64,000 nucleotides of DNA. Source: the human T2T-CHM13v2.0 reference genome, Homo sapiens. The position numbers were made by a program, and so were the translations under genes. Below are positions 20,740-35,147 of this stretch, in pieces. The stretch is from NCBI RefSeq assembly GCF_009914755.1, contig NC_060931.1. One strand, written 5' to 3'. Under the pieces are notes generated by a model, which had not been told where the DNA came from, made no database searches, and saw only the letters and a program-made list of their open reading frames with translations. The number at the start of each line of letters is the position of its first letter. Positions within the stretch are counted from its first letter, which is position 1.

Positions 20740-22100
20740 ATTTCTGAAACTAACTTTGGGAGAAACTTAGTTTATAGTTTAAAACACAGACAGCCCTTTC
20801 CCAAAGCAGACCTTCTTGCTGGGGGACAAGATTGCCTTTGTAGGACTAACATTAGCCACAAGATAAGAAATTATCTTGTGAGACTGATTTGAGTAATAAT
20901 AAAACTCCAGTCTCCCATACAGCCTGCTCTGCATGAATTACTCTTTCTCTATTGCAAGTCCTGTCTTGATGAATTGGCACTTTGTCTAGGCAGCAGGCAA
21001 GGTGAACCCCTTGGGTGTTTACAAGGACAGCTTCAACCCATATGATTTCACCTCCAACCCAACCAATCATCAGCAAGCATCCATTACCTGGCCACTGCCA
21101 CCCTTTCCCTAAACTGGCTTTGAAAAAATCCTCTTAACTATGAGCTTGGAGGAGATTGATTTGAGTACTACTTCCATGTCCCACGTGGTGTGGCCAGTCT
21201 CAGGTCTATTAAACTTTCTTTACTGCAATGCCATGGTCTTTCTTTGTGCAGCAGGCAGAAAGAACCTCTCAGGCAGTTACAATTGAAAAACAAGCAAAGG
21301 CTTGAATAGGCACCTCACAAAAGAGAATATATAATATCCAGATGACATATAAAAAGGCTAAATACCACTAATAATCACAAACATTCAAAGTAAATCACAA
21401 CAAGCTCCACTACATATCCACCAGAAAAGCCAAGATTAAAAGTATTGACAATATTAAATATTGGGAAACTGTTGTGCAGTGTATAAAATGGCACCACAAC
21501 TTTGGAAAACATTTTGATATTTTTGTGAAAATGAATAAAATTTAAAATCTGTTAGAACACTGCAAACTCCTTAAACTTTGAGAGAGCTGCTACTGTGATC
21601 TGAGTCATGTAGCATGTTTTGCAATTCTGCTTCTTAGATTACAGCTTAACCGTCTTCCTCATTGTTCTGGTTCTGTAAATGACTAAGAAAGACCAGAGAA
21701 CAGACTTCCTCCTTCCAATCACTGATATTTATTCTAGATTAACTGCTTCCTCTATTGTTCTGTACCTAACTCAGACCAGATTGCATCCTCAAAACAGACC
21801 CCCTGAGGGTTACATCTTCAGTGTGGAATGTTAGAGATATCTTTCCAGAAAGAAAAAAAACACCTCAACTAATCAGATCATTGTAACTATGCATTAAGCC
21901 TTCCATAGAAAGGTGTTGAAATTCTGCTAAACTTCCCTGAACTTTATCTGTATAAATGATCTGAAACTTTTATACTTTGGAACACTGACTTCCATTCTTT
22001 GGAATCTGTGCTTGCTGGTGGGTACATCCTCAAGCACTGTGCTTGAATAAACTCTCTTTCAACTACACTCTGATGTTTTTGATTATTTTAGGATGACATT
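20740..22100 (+). mobile_element. Cluster of ERV1 LTR fragments plus an old L1M fragment (~21290-21520)
   Basis: LTR8-like 3' ends near 21020 and 21280, an L1 ORF2 C-terminal remnant, and another LTR at ~21525-22098 with TATAAA/AATAAA. Confidence 0.5.
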
Positions 22101-22659
22101 CTCTATAAAAAACACAGATACACATACCACATATGTAAAGGAACACAGCAACTTACCAAATCTGTTTCCCTTTCCTCCTAAGCATACAGGTATGCTAAAT
22201 TTCCCAATCTCTCCTGCAGTTTGATTTGGCTACAGGACTAAGCTGTGGCAACGGGGACAAAGAATGAATGACATTCTATGATTTGGAAGCCACTTCCAAA
22301 TCTTGCCCATTAAAAAAAAAATAAAACACTCCATAATTCTCCATTCTCTCTTTCACCTCTTAAAAGCTGAATACTAATACCTGAAGAAAACAAAACTATT
22401 TCACCCAAAAATATACTCCTTTGACATACTTTGAGATGGCTGTTAGAGGATCTGCAAACAGAAGCAGTGCTGCAAAGCTGTCTTTTGTGGGGAGATTTGT
22501 GTCTCTAGAGAATCTGCATTGATGCAACAGGCTTTTCCTGAGGTCCTCCCTTGCAGATCTAGGAAAGATTAACTGAGAGTCTGATACCTTTAAAGGTCTG
22601 AAAGAAACATTTACCTATTCTCTCTGAGGGCTACTATCTGTGAGATTTCACCTGCATAG

Positions 22660-23434
22660 TGAGGACTAAGCTCTGTTTTTGTGTGTGTGTATTTGTTTGT
22701 TTTAATCTTGGCCAAATTCCTATCTAAGGGGTCTGGAGACCATAAATGCTCATCAGATGGGTTTTATTTTAACCCTGTATATGGTGACTTACTTTCCAAT
22801 CTGACTCTGGCATAACAAGGAAGAAAATCAAAATGTTTTACCCCCAAATACATTTCCTTGCCATGCCTTGAAATTGCCCTGCAAAGTCTCTTGTGGGAAA
22901 AATCCACATTCTATAGAGAATCCCCTTACTCCTTTCTTTTCCTTCCTTCCTTTCCAGATCCAGGAGATAATCACCTATGAGCCAGGCACCCTTTTAAGTC
23001 CGATAAGAAACATTTTACCACCTGCTATCTCTGAAGTCTGCTATCTGAGAGCTTCTTCTGCACAGTAAAACTTGATCTCCACAATCCTTTATCTTAACCT
23101 GAACATTTTCTTTCTATTGACCCCAGGTCTTCAGATAAACTCAACTAATTGTCAAACAGAAAATGTTTAAATTTACCTATAGCCTAGACCCCTCCCCCCG
23201 CCCCTGCCCTTTGAGTTGTCCCACCTTTCTGAACCAAACCAATGTCTTTCTTAAATGTATTTGATGGATGTCTCATGCCTCACTTAAAATATATAAACCA
23301 AGCTGTACCCCCACCTCCTTGGGCACATGTTCTCAGGACCTCCTGAGGGCTGTGTCACAGGCCATGATCACTCATATATGGCTTAGAATAAATCTCCTAA
23401 AATATTTTACAGAGTTTAACTCTTTTGGTCGACA
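22660..23434 (+). mobile_element. MER4E-like solo LTR nested in an older ERV1 LTR (~22382-23734)
   Basis: TGAGGACTAAGCTCTG...GGTCGACA with 4-bp TSD ATAG (22656-22659, 23435-23438). Confidence 0.82.
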
Positions 23435-23765
23435 ATAGCAAGACCACCTTTGCTAGCCAGGCTTCCTCTTTTCCCCTCCCATAACCTGTAGCACCACTGT
23501 AACCTGATTTACTACCATAACCTGGTTTTGGCCATGCTCCAAGACCTCATTCTTTTGTAACCTCAAGATGGTACATGAGCTTCTGTACTCCCACTGAGGA
23601 GTTGGAGGTCATCATTCTCTCCCATGCACGTTAATAAACTTGTATGCCATTTCTCCTATTAATCTACTTTTTGTCAGTTTATTTCTCAGTGAAACTTCAG
23701 AAGGCAGAAAAAAAGTTTTCCCTTGGCCCCTACATCACCAGGGTGACCTTAGAAATGACACTAAA

Positions 23766-24080
23766 GGCCAGGCATTGTGGCTCACGCCTGTAATCCCAGC
23801 CCTTTGGGAGGCCAAGGGGGGGTGGATCACCTGAGGTCAGGAGTTTGAGACCAGCCTGGACAACATGGTGAAACCCCGTCTCTACTAAAAATAAAAATAA
23901 TTAGCTGGGTGTGGTGGCAGGCACCTGTAATCCCAGTTACTCAGGAGGCTGAGACAGGAGAATCACTTGAACTTAAGAGGTGGAGGTTGCGGTGAGCCGA
24001 GATTGCGCCACTGCACTCCAGCCTGAGTGACAAGAGTGCAACTCCACCAAAAAAAAAAAAAAAAAAAAAGGAAGAAAGAA
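23766..24080 (+). mobile_element. AluS
   Basis: Full Alu with TSD AGAAATGACACTAAA. Confidence 0.95.
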
Positions 24081-24289
24081 AGAAATGACACTAAAGATGA
24101 CAGAGTTTCTAAGAAAAGAGTCACACTCCAGCTTCTCTCACCTCTGAGAGATTTTGCTTGGATATAACCTCCTCTAAGAAACAACTCATTACATCTTACA
24201 TCTTCAGTATGCATTAGATGCCCTTCTACAAGTCTTGTGCCAATTATGCTTTTATTAAGTAAGAGGAAATATAGAGTAGTCACTCTAAG

Positions 24290-24990
24290 TGCCAACTCCG
24301 GATTCACTTCTATCTGGGTTCCAATGGTTTGGCTTAGTCATATGGCCAAGCCAAACTTCAATACCTTTGTTATTTGTTGGCTCTGTGACTTGAACAACTT
24401 ATTAAAACCTCTGTGAGTTTCCTTTTCTCAACTTTAAACTGTTGCTACATCAATAAATAGACTAGACAAGTGTTTAAGGACATAAACTCTGGTATCAGAC
24501 TACTTGATTTTGAACCCCTAACTCTGCCAGTTACTAACTTTGCAACTTGTTCTCGCCAGTAGGCAGTGCAGTGGTTAAAGGGTCATGTTCCAGGGCCAGA
24601 CTGCCAGCGTGGAAATTCTGGCCCCACCCAAAGGTGTATTCGCCATTAAGTTAATGGCATGAAGCCTCAGGGCTTCCTACTTATGGGTGCCTCCTCCAAG
24701 ATCCTGTACCTGTAGTTTACATTTGTAAGTTTGGATTCTATTTCAAAAAGAGGTTCTCAGATACTGTAAATCAAAACTCAGATTCCACAAAACCTGCTTG
24801 CAAAGTTGACTCTGCCATATACTGGCTATATGGTCTGGGTTAGATATTTATCTCCTGGGTCTCTGTTTCTCCTCTTGTAAAATGGAATAAAAATGGCAAC
24901 CACCTTCACAGGGTTGTAATAAAGATTGAGCTAATATATGTTAAAATGTTTAGAGCAGTGTAATGCACACAGCATATGCTTCATGTGTGT
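24290..24990 (+). mobile_element. MIR fragments
   Basis: MIR core-like motifs such as CTCTGTTTCTCCTCTTGTAAAATGGAATAAAAAT...CACAGGGTTGTAATAAAGATTGAG. Confidence 0.65.
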
Positions 24991-25464
24991 TGGTGTCTAT
25001 AACTCCCTCTCTGTCCACTCCTTATCTTCTTCTCATGAGCCCTGTCAGGACTAAGATTATCTTTCTCTTTGTAAACTTAGCCTGTGGCAAGCCTCACCTA
25101 TATTCTAACTCTTTCCCTATGGGACTATACACATTCTCTTCTGTAAGCTTCCTGAGTTGTTTACAATCTGATTTTATCAACCTTTATCTGATTTCTTAAA
25201 CCTAGACTTGTTCATTCTTTATGGCATAATAATTATGGTTTCTTTTTCTCCCTAATCTTCTTCCTCAAGGGACCTCAAGCTTTTCTCTTAAGACTTTCAA
25301 CTGATCCAATGAGTCTGACCCATATTATGGAGGTAATCTGTTTTACTCAAATTTTACTGATTTAAATGTTAATCACATTTAAAACAAACAAACAAACAAC
25401 AACTTCACAGCAACTTCTAAACTGTTGTTTTTCCAAAAAGTGGGCACCATGCCTAGCTAAGCTA

Positions 25465-25845
<381 letters not shown>

Positions 25846-27349
25846 TCACAGAAGAACAGCCTCATTACCTTCAATAGATGCTCTTAACCCATCGTCATCT
25901 GCCTTCCTCTGGACACTGCCTTTTGGGAGTGCTGGAGTTGCATCCTCAAGGACAGGGCTATGCCTTCAAAGAGCCAAGCAAAGAACTTTTCCTGCATTTT
26001 CCCACACAGACACTTCCTAGATTCTTCTGCCTTATGCCTGCCTTGGTCAGTGTAGCTAGGATGTGCTTCAAATGGAAATTATGCAAGTGAGAAGGACCAG
26101 GTGTAAAGACAATTTAATTGTGGGAAAAGGCTTACAAAGGAAGGTCATTGTGACCCTCACAAGCAGTGTTCTTGAGTGGATAGGACATAAACAGGGAAGA
26201 AAGCATGTGATCATGAGAACAGCTGAAGTTCTGAGTGAGCAATGACATGAATGGTGTCCAATTCAAAGAAAAGAGAAGGTAGATCCAGGAGCTGAATAAA
26301 CAGACAGAGCAATTTTGAGAGATACATCCAGAAAGCAGAAGCACACACTTACACTTTAGCTCTGAATCCTGGCTAAAGCAACATACAGAGGCGGTAACTC
26401 CTAGAACTCTGATTTTCACTCTGTTGCCAGAGAGGCTCTTCCTGGGCAGCTGTGTGCCATGCAAATGATAGAAACAAATCCCATAGTATTGTAAGTCATA
26501 GGTTAAGGAGCAGATTTAATTTCATAAGGAGAAATAACACAATGCCAGTGTCAGCAAGAGCAAGTCTCCCCATCATCCCAAGGAGAGGAATTCTACAACC
26601 TGGGTATCTACTGGACATAATGTGGGCTCCATTCTCACAGAAGGAATCCTTTCCACTGTGGTTCTTCCTGTGTGGCTTACGCATGAGACAAGTGTAAGAA
26701 AGTGGCCATGTCAATAAGAAAATAAGCCAGCTCTTTGGTGCCAAGAAGTCTGATTTGGGGGTGCCAGCTATTTATAGGAATTGTCTAGAATTAAAATATC
26801 ACCCTGCCTTGGGGATTGTGGGGCAGCTGGGGATCTTGGACATCTGCAGTATATTGCAACCACACCTGAAATTAAGAAGGACTCAATGACAATAAACATC
26901 TTTACATCACCCAGTGTCTTGAACTCACTTCCCCATCATGTAGAGCAGCTCAGGTCTTCTCTAGCTCTTCCACCTCATGATGGGTAGTGACTGCTAGGGA
27001 AGTCCTGATCATCCTAGCCCTCCAAGAAATGTTTTGAATAGCATTGCATCTTGAACTCACTATAATTTGATCAAGCAAAGATGTTCTATGTCTCTGGTCT
27101 GAAACCTGCCACCACAGCTGTGTTCTCTGCTTTCAGAGACCAGGGGAGCAGTGACTGAAGCTAAGACTACACATAGCACTTCAGACAGGCAAATTAGGAG
27201 GGAAAAGAAAACTGAATCTGTAAACTCGGGAAAAACTGGTGTATCTTTTGAGGTCCCAGCCATTTTGAGAAACTCTGATGCTGAAAAAATAAGGAAGAAC
27301 AATCTGACTCCTCTCTCAAACGCTGACATTCTAGCTGAGTGTTGATTTT

Positions 27350-27358
27350 TTCTTAGAA
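27350..27358. promoter_or_regulatory. STAT5 GAS element in the PIP promoter
   Basis: TTCTTAGAA matches TTCYNRGAA, ~105 bp upstream of the TATA box. Fits prolactin/JAK2/STAT5 induction. Confidence 0.7.
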
Positions 27359-27463
27359 AAACAAACTTTGGGTCAACAAGGAAAGATCACGAGTGGGGAG
27401 GGTGAATGGGTGATTCACCTCATGGATCTCCCTGGCAGCTCTTGCACTTCCTTGATCAATCTG

Positions 27464-27470
27464 TATATAA
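27464..27470 (+). promoter_or_regulatory. PIP: PIP TATA box
   Basis: TATATAA 70 nt upstream of the ATG. Confidence 0.85.
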
Positions 27471-27533
27471 GAAATGTGCTGGGCACCTGGGACACCACTT
27501 CTCTGGGACACATTGCCTTCTGTTTTCTCCAGC

Positions 27534-27628
27534 ATGCGCTTGCTCCAGCTCCTGTTCAGGGCCAGCCCTGCCACCCTGCTCCTGGTTCTCTGCCTGCAGT
27601 TGGGGGCCAACAAAGCTCAGGACAACAC
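27534..27628 (+). CDS. PIP: Prolactin-induced protein (GCDFP-15), exon 1 (signal peptide)
   Basis: MRLLQLLFRASPATLLLVLCLQLGANKAQDN(T). 95 nt, donor GTGAGC, phase 2. Confidence 0.98.
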
Positions 27629-29230
27629 GTGAGCCATGCCCTTCTCCTCCCCACAAAAAAAATTGCAGGGAGGGCTCCTCTCCCAGTCTGGAAATTACAT
27701 ATCTCTTTCTGAGAATTTCTTTCAACTTCCCAGAACTCTAGTCCCAGGAGCTCCCATGGATCTCCTGCCAGGTTCCACTTCTTGTCCTCTTAGGAAGCCC
27801 CACCAACTCCTCTCACATTTTTGCTGGGTGTTTCTGCATTGCCAGTGGAAATAAAGCTCCAAATGTACCTACAGGCTGTAATTAGTAGTTAGTCTTCATC
27901 TAACATGCTGATCCACATCTTGTTCATAATTTATACCTTTGTTCAGATTTCTGCTCAGTAAACTTTACCTTCTCACACCTTGCCTCCTAGAAGAGAAGCA
28001 TAACAGGTCTGTGAATTCCAATGGCAGCTTAGGGCAGCTTTGGCAGGACTGGCTAAAGGACCAGAGGCCCTGGCCACTGCCCTGTGGTCTGAGATTGAGC
28101 TAGACTGGCAGCTTAGACATTCTTCCTAACCTGAAGTCTGAAGATGAATATGATGACCTCTTGCTCTCACGTATACTGGGACCTGAGAGCACAGGTTCAG
28201 AAGTCAACTTATTGAGAACACATGTGTGAAGGAAGCAGAAAAATTGGAGCAAGTAAAATAAAGTAGAAAATGGAGCCAAGGGTCTGGGAGAAAGCAGCGA
28301 TACCCAATCTAGGGAGTTTTCTCTATAGCAGTAGGGTTTATAATGCTGGGTTTCTGGGTTGTGATCTTGGAGGTACTCTCTATGGCATGGTCAGATATCC
28401 TGTCCTGGAGGAAACTGTTCAGGGTTTTGACAAGCTAATGTAATGGAGGCAAGTGTCCCAAGAAACCCTGCATGGGGACAGGTTCAGATCCCACCCCATT
28501 CCCGCCAGATGACAGTCCACTTAGCCCTGAAGGGCAGCAAGGTATTCAAATAAGCTATGCTAATTAGGTTATCAACCATCCATCCTGATTTGCCCAGAAC
28601 TTTCCTGGTTGTAGCACTGCAACTCTGCCCTCCCCCGCCACCTCCACAACCCATTCTGGAAAAGACCTCAGTCCTGGGTAAACTGAGATGGTTAGTCACT
28701 CGAACTAAGCTGGTCATCCTATCAATCTGAAACTCATATACAAATGGGAGAGATTTTGAAGTTGCTTAGGTATTTATACCCTTTTCCTGTGCACTGGGCA
28801 CTACAGCAGTTGGCACCAAAAAATAGAATCTCTCTAAGATGCTTTGCCCCAAGAAAATGGGGCTGTGAGACACTGTGGGCTAAGAATCTCAATTCCCTTC
28901 TGTCCCACACAATAACAAAGGTCCGTAGCCGGGAGTTTCTAGGGACGAGAAAATAACTCTCCTGGCCCCGAACCCAGTCCTCATTGACTGAAGAAGAACA
29001 TTTGACCATTTTATTTGTCTCCATTTCCTTTCCTTTTCAGATTGCAGTGTATGGTCTAAATGTAGAGTAGTATCTAAAGTTCCCAAACATGGCCATATGT
29101 CCAAATTTCCTAAGGAGCTAAATAAATACAAATTCCTAAACCCTACCTGGGGACCACAGAAGGAGGATCTTCAAAGATGCTCCTACAAATACCTCCAGTG
29201 CATTGAGATGTTTGCTGGGTTTTTAAAATT

Positions 29231-29595
29231 TTTTATTATTTTATTTTATTTTTCCATAAGTTACTGGGGTACAAGTGGTATTTGGTTACATGAGTAAGTT
29301 CTTTAGTGGTGATGAGATTTTGGTGCACCCATCACCCGAGCAGTATACACTGCACCATATTTGTAGTCTTTTAGCCCTCACCCCTCTCCCACTCTTCCCC
29401 GCAAGTCCCCAAAGTCCATTGTATCATTCTTATGCTTTTGAGTCCTCAAAGCTTAGCTCCCACATATCAGTGAGAACATACGATGTTTGGTTTTCCATTA
29501 CTGAGTTACTTCACTTAGAATAATAGTCTCCAATCTCATACAGGTCACTGCAAATGCTGTTAATTCATTCCTTATTATGGCTGAGTAGTAGTATT

Positions 29596-29657
<62 letters not shown>

Positions 29658-30028
29658 ACAGTTTCTTTATCCACTCGTTGATTGATGGGCATTTGGGTTG
29701 GTTCCACAGTTTTATAATTGTGAATTGTGCTGCTATAAACATGTGTGTGCAAGTATCTTTTTTGAATAATGACTTCTTTTCCTCTGGGTAGATACCCAGT
29801 AGTGGGATTGCTGGATCAAATGGTGGTTCTATTTTTAGTTCTTTAAGGAATCTCCACACTGTTTTACATAGTGGTTGTAGCAGTTTACATTCCCGTCAGC
29901 AGTATAGAAGTGTCCCCTGATCACTGCATCCACGCCAACATCTACTGTTTTATGATTTTTTGATTACGGCCATTCTTGCAGGAGTAAGGTGGTATCGCAT
30001 TGTGGTTTTGATTTGCATTTCCCTGATC
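29231..30028 (-). mobile_element. L1PB-like 3' fragment in PIP intron 1
   Basis: ORF2 C-terminal peptide and 3' UTR on the minus strand. Approximate TSD GTTTGCTGG on both sides. Confidence 0.9.
29601..29655. repeat. Perfect (AT)27 microsatellite
   Basis: 55 nt of uninterrupted alternating A/T. Confidence 0.98.
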
Positions 30029-30210
30029 AAGAGGTTTGCTGGTTTAATGTGATTCTGTTGCTAGAAAATTTTCTCCTAATAATGACTTGAGCCCTCCTAC
30101 TCAGTAGACAACCACCAGAGCCTGTAGGATGTTATCAGGAAGTGGCATGTGGTATTGTACATTTTTTCTTTTTAAAAACTTGTTTTTGGTCAATGGAAGG
30201 GAAGAAGATG

Positions 30211-30390
30211 CTCGTTCATTGATGGGCATTTGGGTTGGTTCCATGATTTTGCAATTGTGAATTGTGCTACTATAAACATGCATGTGCAAGTATCTTTTCT
30301 AAATAATGACTTCTTTTCCTCTGGGTAGATACCCAGTAGTGGGATTGCTGGATCAAATGGTAGTTCTACTTTTAGTTCTTTAAGGAATCT
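30211..30390 (-). mobile_element. Isolated internal L1PB-like fragment
   Basis: Homologous to 29674-29852. No tail or TSD seen. Confidence 0.85.
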
Positions 30391-30614
30391 TAAAGTGTCC
30401 TAGTTGTTTTATTAAACAAAATTAAATCTGTGTGAAGTTACCAATCCAATCAACACATGAAAATTCCAGGGGATTCCAATGCTGAACAATTGATCCAAGC
30501 CCCATAATTTCCCTCCCTTGCCCATCCTGTGCCCCTTGCCCTGTTCATGGCTCCCCCCTCACTCAAAGATTGGTCTCTGATCCTGGTGTTCTGATTCTCT
30601 CTTCCCACAATCAG

Positions 30615-30720
30615 TCGGAAGATCATAATAAAGAATTTTGACATTCCCAAGTCAGTACGTCCAAATGACGAAGTCACTGCAGTGCTTGCAGTTCAAACAG
30701 AATTGAAAGAATGCATGGTG
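30615..30720 (+). CDS. PIP: PIP exon 2
   Basis: Acceptor TCAG, RKIIIKNFDIPKSVRPNDEVTAVLAVQTELKECMV, donor GTAAGT. 106 nt. Confidence 0.98.
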
Positions 30721-31314
30721 GTAAGTAGAGGACTGGGGGCGTGACTTCAAAAGATAATTCAACTCCTTGATTATAAACATAATTTAATCTCTCACTTTAA
30801 TAATGTACAGTGTACTTAATGAAACATTCTCACTTATGTTATGCTACTTGAGACTCAGAACAACTGTGGGAGCTTGGGACAGATGACTTCTCATTTTCCA
30901 GATGAAGAAGTTCGAATCCAGAGAAGTCTAGGATAAATAAGAAGGAAAGGAAGAAGGAATAGGAAGTGAGAAAGAGGGAAAAAGAAAAAAGTGTAAGAGC
31001 TAGTAGAGAAGCAGTTAGAGTCCTTCCAAGGTCCTGAGCATGTTTAGTTTAGGATGGAGGGAGGGGAGTTCTCAGAAGAGAAAGCAGCAACTCCACACCA
31101 TAGGTTGAGGTGGGTGGGCAGAAGAGGACATGCAGGATATGACTCCTCCTCTCCAGTAAGCACTGAGCGACTCTACTGTCCTCTTGCCTTCTTCTGCTCC
31201 TTTGCTCTGGGTCACCAGAAGTGGACTCTTGTTCCAGCCTCCCCACCCTGACAAGGAGCTCGTAATCATCTCCTCCTTTTCCCCACGTTCAGAAGTCCAA
31301 TCTCTGAACAAGGT

Positions 31315-31476
31315 CAGAGGTTTTCAAATGGTAATGTGTCTAAAACTCACTCGGGGATCTTGTTAAAATTCAGAGTTTCATTCAGCAGGTCTGGGGAGAG
31401 ATTAGAACTTCTGGATTTTAACAGACGCCCAAGGTACACCAAGGCTGTGCCCAAAGGATCACATTTTTGAGCAGCT
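31315..31476. mobile_element. MER5A-like DNA transposon
   Basis: GGGGATCTTGTTAAAATTCAGA...CAGCAGGTCTGGGG...CACATTTTTGAGCAGC. Confidence 0.7.
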
Positions 31477-32601
31477 TGGGATTAGAACATTATCCCTCCT
31501 GTCTAGCTGCCAAGGGCCAGAAGTCAAATAGACTTATGCAGTTATTAATCCACAGTGACTCTTCCCTGGGACACTGGTTGTGTGTCCTTTTCCTAGTCAT
31601 TGATCTCAGATGTCACAAGCATGCAAACTGCCCCCACTACCTTTGTTCTAGGGCCAAGACCCATGCATCTCCCATCTCCCCTACTCCCTCCCCAGACCCT
31701 TCATGAAGGACACCTTCTATCAGGCAGCACAAGTATTTCCTTACAACATAAGTTTCCTAATTCAAATGAGACTTAAGGACAATGATTACATGTAAAACAA
31801 CATTGAGAACATGAAGATTGCTATTCAGTCAACTGCATTCTAGAAATATCCCCACACCTGTAAAGAAAAATTCCTGGTCAATGAGCAAAGAATATCACAG
31901 CTGCTTTGTCAAATTTTTCTATTTTCAGTCCAAGAATCTGAGACATGTACACTAATTTGGGGTAGGAGCAAGGCTGAATCATAATTTTTCAACTCTGTAT
32001 TTTGTTTATCACAAACACAGGTGAGAATGAGAATAAGAACATGTACATAATGTGTACATAAAATTTTTGTGAAAATGGTGGTTTCTGGTGGTAATAGTTA
32101 ATGGTAGTGGTAGGTATAATAAGATATGTTTGAATCAATAAAATTACATGTGACATAATTTTGTGCTTTTGTGATTAATAAAAGTATGCTTTTAAGAATC
32201 ATGCTAGTACTCTAAAATAAAGCAATCTTTTCAAAACCCACCTAAGCACAACTAAAAGAATAAGAAATCTTTAGACTAACTGACTTTGCAAACTAGAAAT
32301 AATTTACAGGAAAGGAAATTTTGTTAATTCTAGTCAACAAATTTTTATTTGTGGCTTCATTTTTCAAAGTATAACTATTTTTAAATTTTTATTAAAATAT
32401 ATTTATATAACTATAAAATTCTTACCATCTAATCCTCATTTTTTATCATTTATAATGTTTTCTGTAACTGAATTTTTGAAAAAGTGAGGTTTAGACTCAT
32501 ATTTATTTATTTTAGAATTAGAATAGAATATACCTACAATCGTATATTTGAATATAAAGATTGCATAATCCTTTAAAGCTGAAGGAAACTTGTGGCAAAA
32601 A

Positions 32602-33822
<1,221 letters not shown>

Positions 33823-34495
33823 TTAAACGTTAACTGGACAAAATCCTCTGACTCCACTGAAATTTATATATACAATAATCTGGGATCTTGAATTGCAAAG
33901 CACTCAAGTTAAAAAGAAATTTACATTCAAGATGTTATTTGCTTATCTAACAGCCAGGTTTGGTAGTTAATTGTTTCCACCTCATACCTGAGGAAAGTGA
34001 GAGTGAGAGGCCTCTCATCACCAAAGGTCACCAAGTCAGAGAGGAGCACAGATGGGGCTTGGTCACAGCTCTGACAACAAGGCCTGACATTGGCTCCTAC
34101 ACGCAAGTGGCCAGGCTGCTGTCTCACCAGGTCTCAGAGTAAACGTGATTGCAGGTCGATTCCTGAAACCTCTGGCTGGTGACTAAGGCAAGCCTGCTCC
34201 TCAGCTGGACAGCTGCCCTGGATGAGCTCTCCTTGCCCTGTGGATTCACTTGCATCCCTATCTCCTCCTGAGCTTCTCCACACTGCTAAGGCAGGAGTTT
34301 GAGGGCATTGGAAGGGAAAACCTTCTGACCTAGACTTTGGCTCCTGAAATGATACTACAACAGTAGACTCCCCCTTGCCCTAGGCCCACCTCCACCCCCA
34401 CTCTTCTCCTCCGGCTTTTCCCTCTCCTATTTTTCCCTCCCTTACCCATTCCCCAAAATAACAATGAATTCCCCCTCCCACCTTCTCCTCACCAG

Positions 34496-34610
34496 GTTAA
34501 AACTTACCTCATTAGCAGCATCCCTCTACAAGGTGCATTTAACTATAAGTATACTGCCTGCCTATGTGACGACAATCCAAAAACCTTCTACTGGGACTTT
34601 TACACCAACA
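34496..34610 (+). CDS. PIP: PIP exon 3
   Basis: Acceptor CCAG, VKTYLISSIPLQGAFNYKYTACLCDDNPKTFYWDFYTN, donor GTAAGT. 115 nt, phase 0 to 1. Confidence 0.98.
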
Positions 34611-34938
34611 GTAAGTACAGAAGTTGTCCAAGGAGGGAACTACCCACCAGCCACCAGGGAGGAGAAACTATAAACAGAAACATGGCTGCGAACCGAGCAG
34701 GACCAGGACCTCAGGGCAGAAGGACAGAAGGGAGGGAGGGAAGAGCATGGGGAGAGCAGATGGGGAAGGCACCCAGGTTCTAAGACAGAGGCATTGAGTG
34801 CAAAAAGTTGATACAGGAGACAAATTTGCAAAGGATTTGGGGAAACTGAACCCCAGGGGGCAGATGCCTGATATGAGTAGAAAAGACAGGACATGGCCGG
34901 GGTGTCTGAGAGATGATCTCCGTCCCTGTCTTTTTCAG

Positions 34939-35063
34939 GAACTGTGCAAATTGCAGCCGTCGTTGATGTTATTCGGGAATTAGGCATCTGCCCTGATGAT
35001 GCTGCTGTAATCCCCATCAAAAACAACCGGTTTTATACTATTGAAATCCTAAAGGTAGAATAA
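34939..35063 (+). CDS. PIP: PIP exon 4 (coding part)
   Basis: (R)TVQIAAVVDVIRELGICPDDAAVIPIKNNRFYTIEILKVE*. Exons sum to 441 nt = 146 aa + stop. N-glycosylation sequon N105-R-T spans the junction. Confidence 0.98.
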
Positions 35064-35141
35064 TGGAAGCCCTGTCTGTTTGCCACACCCAGGTGATTTC
35101 CTCTAAAGAAACTTGGCTGGAATTTCTGCTGTGGTCTATAA

Positions 35142-35147
35142 AATAAA
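35142..35147 (+). terminator. PIP: PIP polyadenylation signal
   Basis: AATAAA 78 nt after the stop, followed by a GT/T-rich downstream element. Confidence 0.9.

Noticed and set aside
27368-27741. ORF-track ORFs overlapping PIP exon 1 (114, 111 aa etc.)
   Set aside because: Off-frame or antisense to the real exon starting at ATG 27534, with no independent support.
34464-35026. 69-aa, 61-aa and 128-aa ORFs over PIP exons 3-4
   Set aside because: Alternative-frame or antisense shadows of PIP and its intron 3.
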